A program made the translations under genes and the position numbers. Shown here in pieces: positions 1 to 13,380 of a DNA stretch of 64,000 nucleotides; positions within the stretch are counted from its first letter, which is position 1; each line of letters opens with the position of its first letter. Origin of the DNA: Mobula hypostoma. Its lineage: Eukaryota. The stretch is taken from positions 12,462,001-12,526,000 of the forward strand of contig NC_086109.1 in NCBI RefSeq assembly GCF_963921235.1, in the 5' to 3' direction. The notes under the pieces are model-generated. The model ran no database searches and was not told where the DNA came from. It saw nothing but the letters and a program-made list of their open reading frames with translations.

Positions 1-1009
<1,009 letters not shown>

Positions 1010-1039
1010 TATATCATACAACTAATATATGCAGACATC

Positions 1040-3150
1040 CACAGCATGGTAAATTTTAAAATTGTCCCATTCAGGCCTCAAGATTTAATCACTGTGGAGG
1101 ATTTCATGCTCTTGTGGGGTAACACCTTGACTGACAAGGGGGATCACTCTGCTTGGCAGGTAAGATGTGGCTGAGAAACTATCTCAGGTTCTGGGGCCTC
1201 CTGTGTGGCGGCTGTAGGAGCTGATGCTAAGACTGCAGGAAGTGGTTCTGACAGCTCTGGGCACTTCGCTTCTCCTTCCCCTTTCTTTCTCTTGTTTATG
1301 CATTTTGGTCTTGGGAAGATGCAGTTGGTTAATTGGAGTATTCTCTTATTAATCCTTCTAGTTCTCCCTTTATGATCTGATCTCTCCTCTTGGTTTCCTC
1401 ATCCACATCATCATCTGACGAAACGTCTGCTCTTGACTTCTCATTGACTCCTTTCCTTTCGACTTTCCATTAATCCAGCTGAGCTTTGGTCTTTACTTCT
1501 ATTTTTACGACGCTTTTTGTCTTCCACTTGAAATTCATGTAATAAGCATAATGCATACAGAGTAGGTTCTGGTTCTTTATACTCACAAAAGCAGAATACT
1601 TGCAACTTTCCTGAAGCTCCTTGAATTCTCTTACAGCTTAAGACCTAGACGTATTTCACACATAACTGACTGACTAACATGCCAGAAGCTTTCTTTTGAA
1701 ATATTTCCCACAAAAACTGTTGTAAATGGACCAGTGTTTTCGTGACTTTCACACTTCCTCTGATCAGCATGCTCCTTCCTTGGTCCAATATGCTTTCCAA
1801 CCAGAAGTACAGATATTGGCAGCAACACCTCTTAGTCCTCTTTTGGGCAATGGTTCATGTTGTTTGTCATGGAGACCATTGTGGCATCATCCAGTACCTT
1901 TCTCAATGTGTTTTCAGTTGGCTTCATCACAGGGGATATGGCGTGCAAATTATTTTACGGGTCTCCAATCAAGTAGAAGTTGTCTCAGCCAAGGATGTCT
2001 CCACAATGCTGGTCCTTCTATTGTTAGCACATGTAAGCTCAATGTGGCTTATTGTTTGTTGTATTTCACAGTTACAAATTTTATTCCTACAGGAGTTTTC
2101 TTTTCTCCAGGATAAGTTCTTAGCTGAGTATCCGCAGACCTTAGGAAACTTTGAAATGCTGTTCAAACTCATTTTGTGGAACGACTGAAAGACTGAAACA
2201 GCTGAACCCAGTGTCCAATTCCATTTTAATTAGTTGCCCCATTTATTTCTGGCGTAAGCCATATTGCTTGTCTATTGTTAATTTTTACACTGTAACTCCT
2301 TAGGCTACATAGTCCTGTGTCATCTCATCATTATCAGATTTTTCATCTACAGCATGTAGATTAGTGTTCTTCTGAAGCAGCAACTTGACTTTTTAGCTTT
2401 TTCTCTTCCTTGTACTGTCCATTTATTTTTTTCTCTGCCTGATATGCTCTTTGTATGTGTCCTGCTTTGTTGCACTTTCTTCAAGTTTCACCTTTAAACC
2501 AGAATTTGTTTGGTGAATGTGAGCCCCTGACACAACAGTAACATAATATTTGTTTGGCATGGCTGGTTTTGGTTCAGAAATTGAAATTTGTTCACATTCA
2601 CTTTCATTCCTAACTACAATTCAGTTGCATCTCTTTCTGTGGTTTCTAATGAAACACCAATTTCCACTGCTCTTTTGGATGTAGATATGATTCAGTTAGG
2701 AGTCATTTTTGAATGTTTTCTTGTAAGATTCCACAAACTAAACAACCTCTCAGTGCATCATTAATCACATTATCAAACTGACAATGCTCAGACATTCTCT
2801 TCAATTCAGCCATGTACCCTTGAAGCAAACTTGACAGGCTAAATGGCCTAACGCTGAACCTACATTTATGGCCTTATGGTCTTGACTCCCTCAGGAAAAC
2901 TCAGGAGCCTGAATGTAATCTGTTTGCCATGTATGAATTTTCATTCTCAACTAAACCAAAAGGATAAACCACTTATTAACAACAGCAGTTTATAAACAAG
3001 TATTTTAACTGATTATTAATTATTAGAATATACAACAGCACTGACCTCTAACGTGTGAAACCATAGAGAAGAGTTTAATAGAGTAAAATGGTCTCAATCA
3101 GTTCACAGCCACGATAGGGTTAAAATTTGTTGATGTGACAACAAAAAAAA
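1040..3150 (-). mobile_element. Degenerate Ty3/Gypsy LTR retrotransposon internal region (gag zinc knuckles, protease, integrase C-terminus; internally deleted)
   Basis: Minus-strand translation gives decayed knuckles (C..RGSH; RKCNKAGHIQRA, about 2460-2550), the protease motif KMELDTG (about 2205-2227), and a tail PELSEPLPAV...EAPEPEIVSQP...PTR (about 1085-1262). Many stops and frameshifts. Confidence 0.7.
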
Positions 3151-3369
3151 TCATACTGAGATCAGTGAGATTGACATGTTGGAAATAGAATGCTGAAAAA
3201 GAAGTCACTGTCCTGAAGTATGGTAACATTACTTTTTCACCTTCATGAAGTTAACAATTTAATGACGAGAGGTTAACTCTTCACAAATTATACAAGTTGC
3301 ACAAGAAGGAAGAACTATGAATTATTTTATCTTGGTGCAAAATTCCAGCAGTCAATACTAGTGTAGTCT

Positions 3370-3417
3370 TCACTTTACCTTATGGACCAGTCTGTGAGGA
3401 TCTGATTCATTGTGTCT
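3370..3417 (-). CDS. Receptor gene B/C, terminal exon: short cytoplasmic tail RHNESDPHRLVHKVK*, no ITIM
   Basis: Acceptor ttgccttttacag| at 3418-3419, phase 0, matching the TM exon. Stop TGA at 3370-3372; the same AAG-TGA ending is present in the paralog at 42411-42461. Confidence 0.75.
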   Translation of the reverse strand, partial: RHNESDPHRLVHKVK

Positions 3418-3665
3418 CTGTAAAAGGCAAAGGTCAAATCATCAGATTCATTGACACTGGGAACTCTGCTTTAGAGTTGTGTCTGGAGTCCAATATATTC
3501 ACATCAAGCATTCTGCACACATACAGTGTGTCAACATCTTGACAATCTCATCTGCAGATAGCTTTGGATTGACCATTGGATAAGGAAAATGAAATGTGTT
3601 TAAATGTCTTTCCTCAAATGATGAGTATGTTTGAAAGCAAATTCCACTGATGTCCATAAACCTAC

Positions 3666-3756
3666 CTTAATTTGTCTTGTGAACCATGAGACTGAAATAG
3701 TGCAGGTCAGCAGCAGAGCGAAGAGCAGCCAACGACCAACCTTCCATATCATGAAA
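3666..3756 (-). CDS. Receptor gene B/C, transmembrane exon FMIWKVGRWLLFALLLTCTISVSWFTRQIK (basic K/R at the N-terminal end of the TM)
   Basis: 91 nt between acceptor cccctttgcag| and donor |gtaggt; phase 2 to 0; hydrophobic. A paralogous 91-nt exon lies at 42717-42807. Confidence 0.85.
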
Positions 3757-4061
3757 CTGCAAAGGGGAAGAGATACAGAACTGATGAGACAAAACGAGAT
3801 GGCTTTGTATTTGAAACATTAACCTTCTGTTCCCTCTGTAACATTTGTGGTGTGGAGTGAGGTAAATAAAGAGAGTCAGAGGAGTTCAGCTAGAAGGCTA
3901 CACTAGTATTGACTGAACAGCAGGATTCGGGAGGGTTAACAACCTGTGATCGTCAGTAACAGACCTAATCACTGTGACTTGGTCATGTACAAATGAGTTC
4001 TCTGAATTAAGAAGTCGTAGGTGAAAATGGATTTAGGAAAAATAATGAAGTGTAGAGGTGC

Positions 4062-4101
4062 CTTTATGATACTGAAATGTCACTGGAGAAAGTGGACACA
4101 G
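4062..4101 (-). pseudogene. Relic Ser/Thr stalk exon (AVSTFSSDISVS*) with an in-frame TAA
   Basis: Acceptor ttccttacag|CTGTGTCCACTT matches 43096-43135. 40 nt if a GC donor is used; phase 1 to 2; TAA at 4064-4066. Confidence 0.45.
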
Positions 4102-6883
4102 CTGTAAGGAACATGTCACACAGTACACGATCGTTTTTTCATTACCACCATCAGAGAGGAGGTAGAAAAGCATGAAGAGACACACTCAATATTTTAGGAA
4201 CAGATTATTCCCCTCTACCACCAGATTCCGGAAGTCACAATAAACCAACCCATGAATACTACCTCAGTATTTTTGCTTTCTTTTTGTACTACTTATGAAT
4301 ATATATTTCTTATTGTAATTTATAGTTTTTGTGTTGCACTGTACTACTGCCACTAAACAACACATTTCATGACATATGTCAGTGATATTAAACCTGATTC
4401 TGATTCTGTGAGGAAGACACAAATAGAGAACATGTAGGTAGATATGAAAGATAATGAAAGATGCATGACGGAATATCGAACTGAGAAAAACAATCATGAG
4501 GGTGATCAAAAAATGTCACTCCCTGACTGCAGTGGGCAAAGCAAAATTGAGTTCAACGGTTTCTAAAGGACTCACTCACAACAGAAGATCTAAAATCCCG
4601 TTAAGAGCCTTTGTAAATTGAAGAAGCAATGGGGTAAATCAATCAGGGCAATGAAAATGACCACAATAAAATGTAATTATGATGATAAGATAGTAGGAAC
4701 CAGGTAGGAATAAAAGCAAATTATCTCAAGACAAGACAATGGCAACATTTTCAATGTGGTCATTCATTGATTCTATTGTGGTTATTGGAATTACTGAGTA
4801 TCCCTGCATGAAAACAAATCTCAGGGATGTATATGGTGATATATATGTACTGTCAGGTTTGAAATCTTGTCTACGATTCATCCAGTTCAATTACTTCTCT
4901 TCTTTAGCAGAGAACCGAAACTGAACACAACACTCCAAGTGTCATCTCATCAATTGTCTTGTACAACTGAAACATCACATCCCAACTTCTGTACACTGAC
5001 TGATGCCAAATGCCTTCTTCGCTACCCTTTTGAACTCTGACTACACTTTCAAGGAACCAAGTACCTGAATCCCAAGATCCCACTGTCATTTAACACTTTT
5101 CAAGGCTGACCAATCACCGTGAAAGTCTTACTTGATTTGACTTTTGAAAATGCAAAAATTTGCACATATCTAAATTAAATTCCACTTGATATTCCTCAGC
5201 TCAAATACCAGGCTGATAAAGATCCAGTGTAATTCTTCAAAATCGTGTGCAGGTCAGTGGGACTAGGCAGAAAATGGTTCGGCACAGCTGAGAAGGGCCA
5301 AAAGGCCTGTTTTGTGCTGTAGTTTTTCTATTGTTTCTATGGTTTCCTATTCACTGTCTCAAAAATTGTCTGAGTGTCATCTACAAATGAATATTTTTTT
5401 TCTGCAATTACTGTTGTTGAGACAGTGGTCAACTCTGCAAGTTGCTACCTTATTGCTTATTGCTCTACCTGCAATCCTTGAGTCAGTAAAAATCAGTGAA
5501 TATTACAAGGGGAAAAAGCATCCTGGGGTTTGACAAACAAACAAAACTCATCCTCACACCATGGGATGAGGTTAGTGAAGGAGTAGTCATGGAAAACACT
5601 GCATGGCTACTCTTTAAGTGCAGCAAATGATTCTACTTTCCTAAGAATAAACATTATAAGAAACTAGACTTGCTTTCCGTGGAGAATGAGGTTAAGAGTG
5701 GATATGACTGAGGGATGCAAAATTATGAGATGTACAGGTTGGATAGGCAACAGCAAACTTCCCCATTCTCAGAGGTGAATAAAACTAGATGACATAGATT
5801 TAGAAGGGATTTGAATGGATTGTTTTTACCCAGAGAGTGGTGGAAACAGAGTCACAGTCAGTGTTTGGTGAAGTGTCTGAATGAGGTCTTAAGTTAGATC
5901 TCCACAGAAGGCATTGGGCCATGTGCTGGAAGATAGGGTTTGTTGCACAGAATTGTGCAAACGTCTTAAGCACATGTAAAATAATTCTGTAAAGTGAAGA
6001 TGCTCTCAGAAATAATGAAATGAAAAGTCTCTATGTATCAAATATATGCTATATAGAGCAGCAAATAGTAAAAAAAAATAAATCAAATCAATATTGGCTT
6101 TAAAACTGGATCAAATCTGTTAGGTACGCAGTCACACAATTTTATAAGAAAGTTGGCTGGAAGGTTGTTTCAAGCACCTATTACACAACACCATGATATG
6201 AACTCTGAGCCTTAAAGTTCAAAGTAGATTTATTGTCAAAGGACATAAATGTCAGCATACACAATTGAGATTCTTTTTTATTGTGGATGCACTTAAAATA
6301 TCCATAGATTAATAACCAGAACAGAATTAATGAAAAACTACCCAAGTAATGCATTCAACCAGAGTATAGAAGACAACAAACTGTGCAATTTGAAAAAGAA
6401 ATAATAAATAAATAATAAATATCGAGAACATGAATTGAAGAGTCCTTGAAAGTTATTACATTGGTTGTGGGAAAATTTCAATGATGTGGCAAGTGAAGAT
6501 ATTGCCTGGCCTGTTGAATTCCTTCAGCATTTTATGTGTGTTGATGAGGCAATGAAGTTCATTGAAGCTTTCCCCTTTAGATGATTAATAAACACTACAA
6601 TTATCTACTTCTAAAATATGAACTAATATCAACTTTGAAGTCTAAGTTATTACAAAGTATTTAGAGAGATTTATTTATTTATCTTGGAGTCTTGGGGTTA
6701 AAACATGTAGGAGAGTGTTGGTTCTACCACTGGTTGTAGAACTGAAAACAATTCTCACAGGCATTCTATACAAGTAAAACTGTAACTTCTCCCTTAATTA
6801 TCTCTCATATGGGAACAGGACCAATCATAGTGCCAGCAATAAGAACATCGTACCATTAAGCAGAACTAGATCAAGAGGTTTAC

Positions 6884-6929
6884 CTTACAGTTGATACTGT
6901 CGTAAATGTTTCACATGAATATTCACGTC
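6884..6929 (-). CDS. Receptor gene B/C, stalk exon (G)REYSCETFTTVSTV(S)
   Basis: Acceptor tctttccttgcctcaacag| and donor AAG|gtaaac; 46 nt; phase 1 to 2, which bridges the C2 exon (ends phase 1) and the TM exon (starts phase 2). Confidence 0.72.
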
Positions 6930-7334
6930 CTGTTGAGGCAAGGAAAGATAATTCAGTCTCATGTGCTTTGCAAATGCAGCCAAGCAAGAGTACATGGTTG
7001 ACAGGTGGAAACTCTTTCCTTGAATAAAGGGTTGCTTGGTTACATGGAGGTCAGTAATTTCTGTTTCCTGTGCAAATGCGAACACCCATGTTCCTGGGGA
7101 AGTTATGGGGCTTGGATCGTCGGGATCACAAACTCTATTTAATTGGAAGTGAAAGTTCCAGCCAGGCAAATGACAACTACCAGCTCTGGGAGATCTGTTG
7201 TTGGGGTCGCAACATTCACCAGAGGGATGAATACATCTCTGCACTGAGTGTATGTGGAGATATTGGACCAAGTTCAGTTGTTGATACGACAGGGTAATGC
7301 TTCTTTTCTCAATGAAAAGACAACTCCTGGTATA

Positions 7335-7550
7335 ATGTAAAATGCGGGAGGAATTCAACAGTTCAGACAGCGTCTACGTAAAGAATAAACAGTTAACATT
7401 TCAGGCCAAGATCTTTCTGATGAAGGGTATTGGCCTGAAACTTTGACTGTTTATTCCTTTGCGTAGATGCTGCCTGACCAGCTGAGTTCTTACAGCATTT
7501 TGTAAACGTTGATCTTGTCTACAGCATCTACAGAATCTCTTGTGTTCCTG
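7335..7550. repeat. Inverted pair of Penelope-derived short repeats with a degenerate hammerhead core
   Basis: AAGAATAAACAGTTAACATTTCAGGCCAAG (7381-7410) is the inverse of CTGATGAAGGGTATTGGCCTGAAACTTTGACTGTTTATTC (7417-7456). Confidence 0.65.
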
Positions 7551-8460
7551 TTCTAATAACGTCATTGAACATCAGAGAGTTATACAGTATGGGAACAGGC
7601 CCTTTAGCTCAACTCATTCACTCTGATGAGTTTGTTTAACTCATCTCGTCTCACTTGCCTATATTAAGCTCATATCTCTTTTCCAGAAATGCTTTAAAGT
7701 CATTTTTATGTTATCCGCCTCTACCAATTCATTCAGTAATTTGTTCCAGATAACCCCCCAATCTCTGTGTAAAAATACTGTCCCTTATATCCCTTTTATA
7801 TACAACATTGAGCAGTAAAACACAGTACAGACCCTTCAGCCGATGATGTCACAGCCTTAAACCTACTCCACGATCAATCTAACCTTTCTTTCTACACAGC
7901 ACACAACCATCCATGTGCTAATCTAAGAGTTCCTTAAATATACCTGATATATTTAGCAGCATCATGATGAATCTCCTTTAAAACCTCTAAAGTTGCCGCA
8001 TTCTTTTTATAATGAGGTGACCAGTACTAAACACTATACTCCAAGTGTGGACTAACCAGAGTTTTATACAGCCCTAGCATTACCTTGTGACTCCTGACTT
8101 CAATACTTCGATTAATGAAGGCCAACATAGCAGGTGCCTACTTCACCATCCTATCAACTTGTGTGTCAACTTCAAAAGATATTTGGTTTTCGACCCCAAT
8201 ATCTTGCTATTAATCTTGTATTTTGCCTTAAGATTTCCTCTTACCTAACGTATACCTTCACACTTTTCCAGATAGAATTCCATCTGCCTCTTCAGAGACC
8301 AGTTCTGCACTCTGTCTATCTCCATAAGACGACAAAGACCATAGAGTTAGGCCTTCAACCCATTGAGTCTGCTCAGCCATTTTATCATAGTTGATCCATT
8401 TCCTTCTCAACATTCTCCTTCCTTCTCCCCATCAACTTTCACATTCTGACTAATCAAGAA

Positions 8461-9672
8461 TGTTATGGAGTGCTCCTGCAGGACTGGACCCAGGTGCGGA
8501 GGAATGGCAGGATGCCCAGGATGAGACGGAACCAAGAGGTAAGATGTTGGAATCAGAACCTCGGAGGAGCGACTGAGTAAAACCATGAGGTAATTCATCC
8601 TCTCTGACACAATGGCCACCCCAAGGCCCCAACTGATTATCCTCTTTAAATAATCATAGACTGAGGGAATTATGAGCCAGCCACAATTAACTTGACAAAG
8701 TCAAACCGAAAACACAAGGGCTTATCAACTCTAGTTAAGGCACTGATTAGCAAACACAGCTGCTTAAACACACCAGAAGCTGAATGCACTACAGCACGCA
8801 GCAGGGCTCAAGACAGTTCCTCCCCTCCTAAGGCTGGCACCTGACTGACTAGGGAGCTCTCGAGGCAGGTCTGAAAACACAAGGGGGACCTGGAGCTTGA
8901 GGCAGCGCTGGAGAATCCAGAACAGATTCGGAGCTTTCGAGGCAGGTCTGAAAAAACACGACAGAACGGGAGCTCAAGGCATAGCATTTGACTTGGAACC
9001 ATAGCACTTGACTTGGATGCACAGCATGTGACTTGGAAACACAGCGTTTAACTCAGGAAAAAAGCCTAAGATGGGAGACCTTATGAAACTTGTTGACCCA
9101 GATAGCTGTGGAAAAAATCTTGAACACAGACCGGAGAAGCTCAGAACCTCCATTGGGTCCATACAATGGGAGTCATTCTGTCATGGTGCACACCCTGAGG
9201 GCTGGATCCAGGTGTAGAGAAACAGCAGGATCCCCAGGATGAGATGCAAGGTAAGACAAGGGAATCAAAGCCTCAGAAAAGCGATGAGTAACACCATGAG
9301 GTAATTCATCCTCTCTGACATAATGACCACCCCTGAGGCAGCAACTGAGATTCCTCCCTAAATAATCATAGACTGAGGAAAACATAAGCCAGCCACAATT
9401 AACCTGACAAGTCAAACCGAAAACACAAGGGCTTATCAAGACCCTGATGAAGGGTGTCGGCCTGAAATGTCGACTGCACCTCTTCCTAGAGATGCTGCTT
9501 GGCCTGCTGCGTTCACCAGCAACTTTGATGTGTGTTGCTTGAATTTCCAGCATCTGTAGAATTCCTGTTGTTTAGGGCTTATCAACTCTAGTTAAGGCAC
9601 TGATTAGCAAATACAGCTGCTTAAACACCCCAGAAGGTCAGCGCTCTATGGAAAGCTACAAGGCACATGACA
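8461..9672 (-). mobile_element. Miniature non-autonomous LTR retroelement (TRIM-like)
   Basis: Direct repeats 8461-8815 and 9179-9672 with TGT...ACA ends; 5-bp TSD AAGAA at 8456-8460 and 9673-9677; minus-strand polypurine tract AGGAGGGGAGGAAC abutting the 3' LTR; internal region only 363 bp with an MDPME... start remnant. Confidence 0.8.
9440..9573 (+). mobile_element. Penelope-derived short retroelement inserted in the LTR; hammerhead-like core CTGATGA-AGGGTGTCGGCCT-GAAAT-GTC
   Basis: Flanked by a 12-bp TSD AGGGCTTATCAA (9428-9439 and 9574-9585); absent from the sister LTR. Confidence 0.75.
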
Positions 9673-11396
9673 AAGAACCTATGAACCACTGCCTTAAATG
9701 CACCCAGTGACCTGACCTCCACAGCCGCCCATGGCAAAGAATTCCAGTCTCACTGCCCTCCGGCTAAAGAAATTCCTCTTTATCTCTGTTCTAAATGGAC
9801 ATTCTTCTCTTTTGAGGATGTGCCCTCTGGTCCTCGACTCCCTCACCAAAGGAACATGCTCTTCCCATCCACTCTATCTAGGCCTTTGAACATTTGATCG
9901 GTTTCAATAAGATGCCCCCTTATTCTTCTAAATTCCAGTGAGTAGAGGCCCAGAGCTTTCAGTTGCTGCTCATATGATAACCCTTTCATTCTCAGAAACA
10001 TTCTTGTGAACTTCATTTGAACCCTCTCCAAAGTCAACACATTTTAGATAATTGGCCTAGAAATGCTCACCATAGTCCCAGTGAGGCCTCAACACTGCCT
10101 TACACAGCCTTAGCATTACATCCTTACTTTTACAATGCCTATAAAAAGTATTCAACCCCCTTGGAAGTTCAAGGTTTTATTGTTTTACAATATTGAATCA
10201 CAGTGGATTTAATGTATAAATGCAAACATGCTGAACAACGCTTCCACTTCTTCAGTCAAGTCCCTTATAAAAATCACAAAGGACAGAGGTTCCTGAACAG
10301 AACAAGCCTCCATTAATCAGAGAATTGAGATCAAGAGTCACGAGATAACTGTGTAATACCACTGGTCACCATCTCCTGGCAGAATACATTATCTACCAGC
10401 ACCCTCTGACCTCTGTGGGCAAACCAGTTTCAATTGTCAGAGTGTCTCAAATGAAGAGGCATAGTAGCAAGATTAGGATTGGGTAATTTAAAATTAGGTG
10501 CATAGGAACTTCTTCACAGTCCTTGGAATTCTCCACCTGGAAGGTTGTGAAAGTGGAGTGGTAGAGATATTTAAACAGAAAGTAGATATTTTTGATATAG
10601 TTCAGCAAATGGAGAAGTGGGAAAGGGCATAGAGGAGCAGGGACGGCCAGGTATAGGTCAGCCAGGATTATATTGAATAATGGAGTAGACTTCAGAGACT
10701 AAACAGCCTGCTGCGGCCATCCTTCCTGAGTTCTTGCACTAACTGCAGGTGGTTTCCACTGTTTCTTTAGTCTCTACAATTCTCTCTATTTTCCACGAAA
10801 CAAACCACTGGCAACTATTTATAGATCCAGAAGGAGCGAGTTTGAGTATTTGCTCTTTTTCAAGGATGGAACAATCTCAGTCATCAACCAGAAACATCAG
10901 CTGCTTAGACACAAAGCCACCATCGTCAGCAAGAACTGGCTGCAGACAGGAAGTACTCTGGTGAAAGACTCAGTTCTCAGCTATTGAATATGGCATTCGA
11001 TTCTCTGCAAGAATTGTCACAGCGGAGACAGAATAGTCCAGAAATGCCTGAATGCAGCCTAAAGAACATAACAGATTAACACTTCAACCCACTAACCCAC
11101 CCCTCCACAACACGCACCACCACTACATTATCATTTCATGTCACCCACCTTAGGTACAAACATTATTATGCCTAGTGTCACTTTATGGACATACACAGTC
11201 ACTACATACAAACAATCTTATGTATTTATAATTATTTTGTTTATTTATTGTTGTGTTCTATATCATATTGTTTTTTTGTGCTGTATTGGACCCTTACACT
11301 TGTGTACTAGAAATGACTTTAAGCAATCTTGAATCTTGAAAACGGTACATGATACTCAATCAATCATCCTGATGATTCGCACCCTCCACCACTTAC

Positions 11397-11708
11397 CAGT
11401 GCCAGTGATTTGAATCACAAAACTGCAATTGCCTTCCCTGTTGTAGATGGACACGTTCACTATTTCACTAGACTTTGCTCCACAAGTATTCGAGGCTGTG
11501 CAGTAATATTGATGGTGTTGGTAGTTGAAGGATTGACAATGTAGATCCAGTTTACTGGTGACAGAGATCACAGATGATGTGTTTTCATACCATGTGTATT
11601 GAATGGGAAGGGATCCCTGGACAGACTCACAGGACACTGACACGGAGCCCTCAACACACGAGACATTTGCAGGAGACAGAAATTGAAGCACAGGAACAGA
11701 CACCGGTT
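11397..11708 (-). CDS. Receptor gene B/C, C2-type Ig domain exon (membrane-proximal)
   Basis: 312 nt, phase 1-1, acceptor tctttcccacag| and donor |gtaagt. VSCESVQGSLPIQYTWY...YYCTASN motif; open frame. Confidence 0.9.
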
Positions 11709-13059
11709 CTGTGGGAAAGAATCAGTGAACATCAGAAAATCAATAAAGATTTCAGCAGCTCTGCATCTCAGCCAGGGCCAGCAGGTGGGTGTCTCACCTC
11801 TAAATCCACCTGTGTGTCTGCATCCTCCCAGATGCCTGAACTGCCACATCTGCCATTATCCCAAAACACAGCAAGACTCTGGATCAGGACAGCAGTGATG
11901 ATACTGAGAATGTGATGTGTCAGTGTGAAAATCAGGGTGCAATCTCTCTCAGCAACAAGGAGACAGTCTCCAGTGGAGTTTTTAAAAAAATCAATGCAAA
12001 TATTGTTTTAAGGTGAGAGGTGGGCAATTTAAAGGAGATTTGTGAGACAAGTTCTTTAGCTACAATGAGCGTGGTGACTGTTCTGTCAGGCAAGAAGGCG
12101 GAACAGGTATAACAACAATATTTAGAATGCATTTAGACTAACCCACAAAAAGTTTGGCACAGGTGTAATTATGGACATTTGCAGGCAGATGGAATTAGCT
12201 TAGACTGACATCATAAAATCATAGAACTATAAGACATAGGAGTAGAATTAGGCTATTTGGCCTATTGAGTTTGCACCACCATTCAATAATGTTGATATAT
12301 TTTCCCTCTCACCCCCACTCTGCTGCCTTCTCCCTGAAATCTTTGACACACTTACTGATCAAGAACCTATTAACTGCCACTTTGAGGATACCCAATAACT
12401 TGTCTTCCACAGCCTTCTGTGTCAATAAATTCCACAGATTCACCATCCTCTGGCAAAAGAAATTCATCCAAAAGGAATGTCCTTCTGTTGGCTTTCCCCT
12501 AGTCTCGACTTCTCCACTGCTGGAAACATGCTTCTCACATCTACTCTATCTAACCAGTCAATATACTATAGGTTCAATGAGATCCCATCTCATTCTTCTA
12601 AATTCTAGTGCGTAAAGCCTCAGTGCCATCCATATGTTAACCCTTTCATTCCAGGGAACATGGTCAGTGGAGCACATGATGGCCAAAGGCATCCTCAGTA
12701 TCATCACTTCTGTGCTGGCTGTTCCATGTTCAATCTTCTTCTGTAGTTCCATTTCTGCATTTTCCACATGGGAATGGTCAGGCAGGTCAGCAGGTACTAC
12801 AGGTGGGGACTTGGAGCTCCTTGACTGGTATGGAGGGAGAGAGAAAGAGAGAGATAGGGGCAGTGGGGCTGGAGAGGGTGTGACTGATCCCTGAGGTGAG
12901 ATGGGGATTGGGTTGCCCTGCTCCAGGGGGACTGAGCGGAGTCTGTTGAGCCTCAGCCTAACGGAGCCTCAGAATATTGGTGCTGCCCTGGGTCTTCCCA
13001 TGGAAAATATGGATCAGACATTTCAATGGAGATATAATGTCAATCAATGAGAAACCTAC

Positions 13060-13380
13060 CATCAGACACGTGTAGATGCACATCAAACACTGGATGATTG
13101 CCAGATGTTGTAATTCCACATCTGTAAAGTCCTGTATCTTGAGAGACGAGATTCTCCATAGTAACAGTAAATATTCCCTGGGTTGTGTTATCTCTGATTG
13201 CCATTTTTCCATACTGCTCATTTGTCCCATTTGTATCCACTAACGATGTGCATTGGTGATCCCACATGCGGCACCAATACTTTGTGTGTGAACGGTACAT
13301 TGGTGCATAGTGACAATCAATTGTGACCGTTCTTCCCACAACTCCTCTTACTTTATCTTCTGCCCATAAAGCACCTGAAA
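13060..13380 (-). CDS. Receptor gene B/C, V-type Ig domain exon, CD300/pIgR-like
   Basis: 321 nt, phase 1-1, donor GATG|gtaggt. TIDCHY...KYWCRMWDHQC...DTGLYRC, with the extra C-X6-C pair typical of CD300/pIgR V domains. Confidence 0.92.

Noticed and set aside
3377-3378. Apparent GT donor after RHNESDPHRLVHK, with a TT 'mutation' in the paralog
   Set aside because: Both copies read on to the same AAG-TGA stop, so this is better explained as a terminal exon than as a broken donor.
6885-7358. 157-aa minus-strand ORF as a coding exon
   Set aside because: No domain signature; only the 46-nt segment 6884-6929, in a different frame, has proper splice sites.
8975-9050. Three 19-bp repeats as a CRISPR-like array
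   Set aside because: No unique spacers, eukaryotic context, and they lie inside an LTR element.
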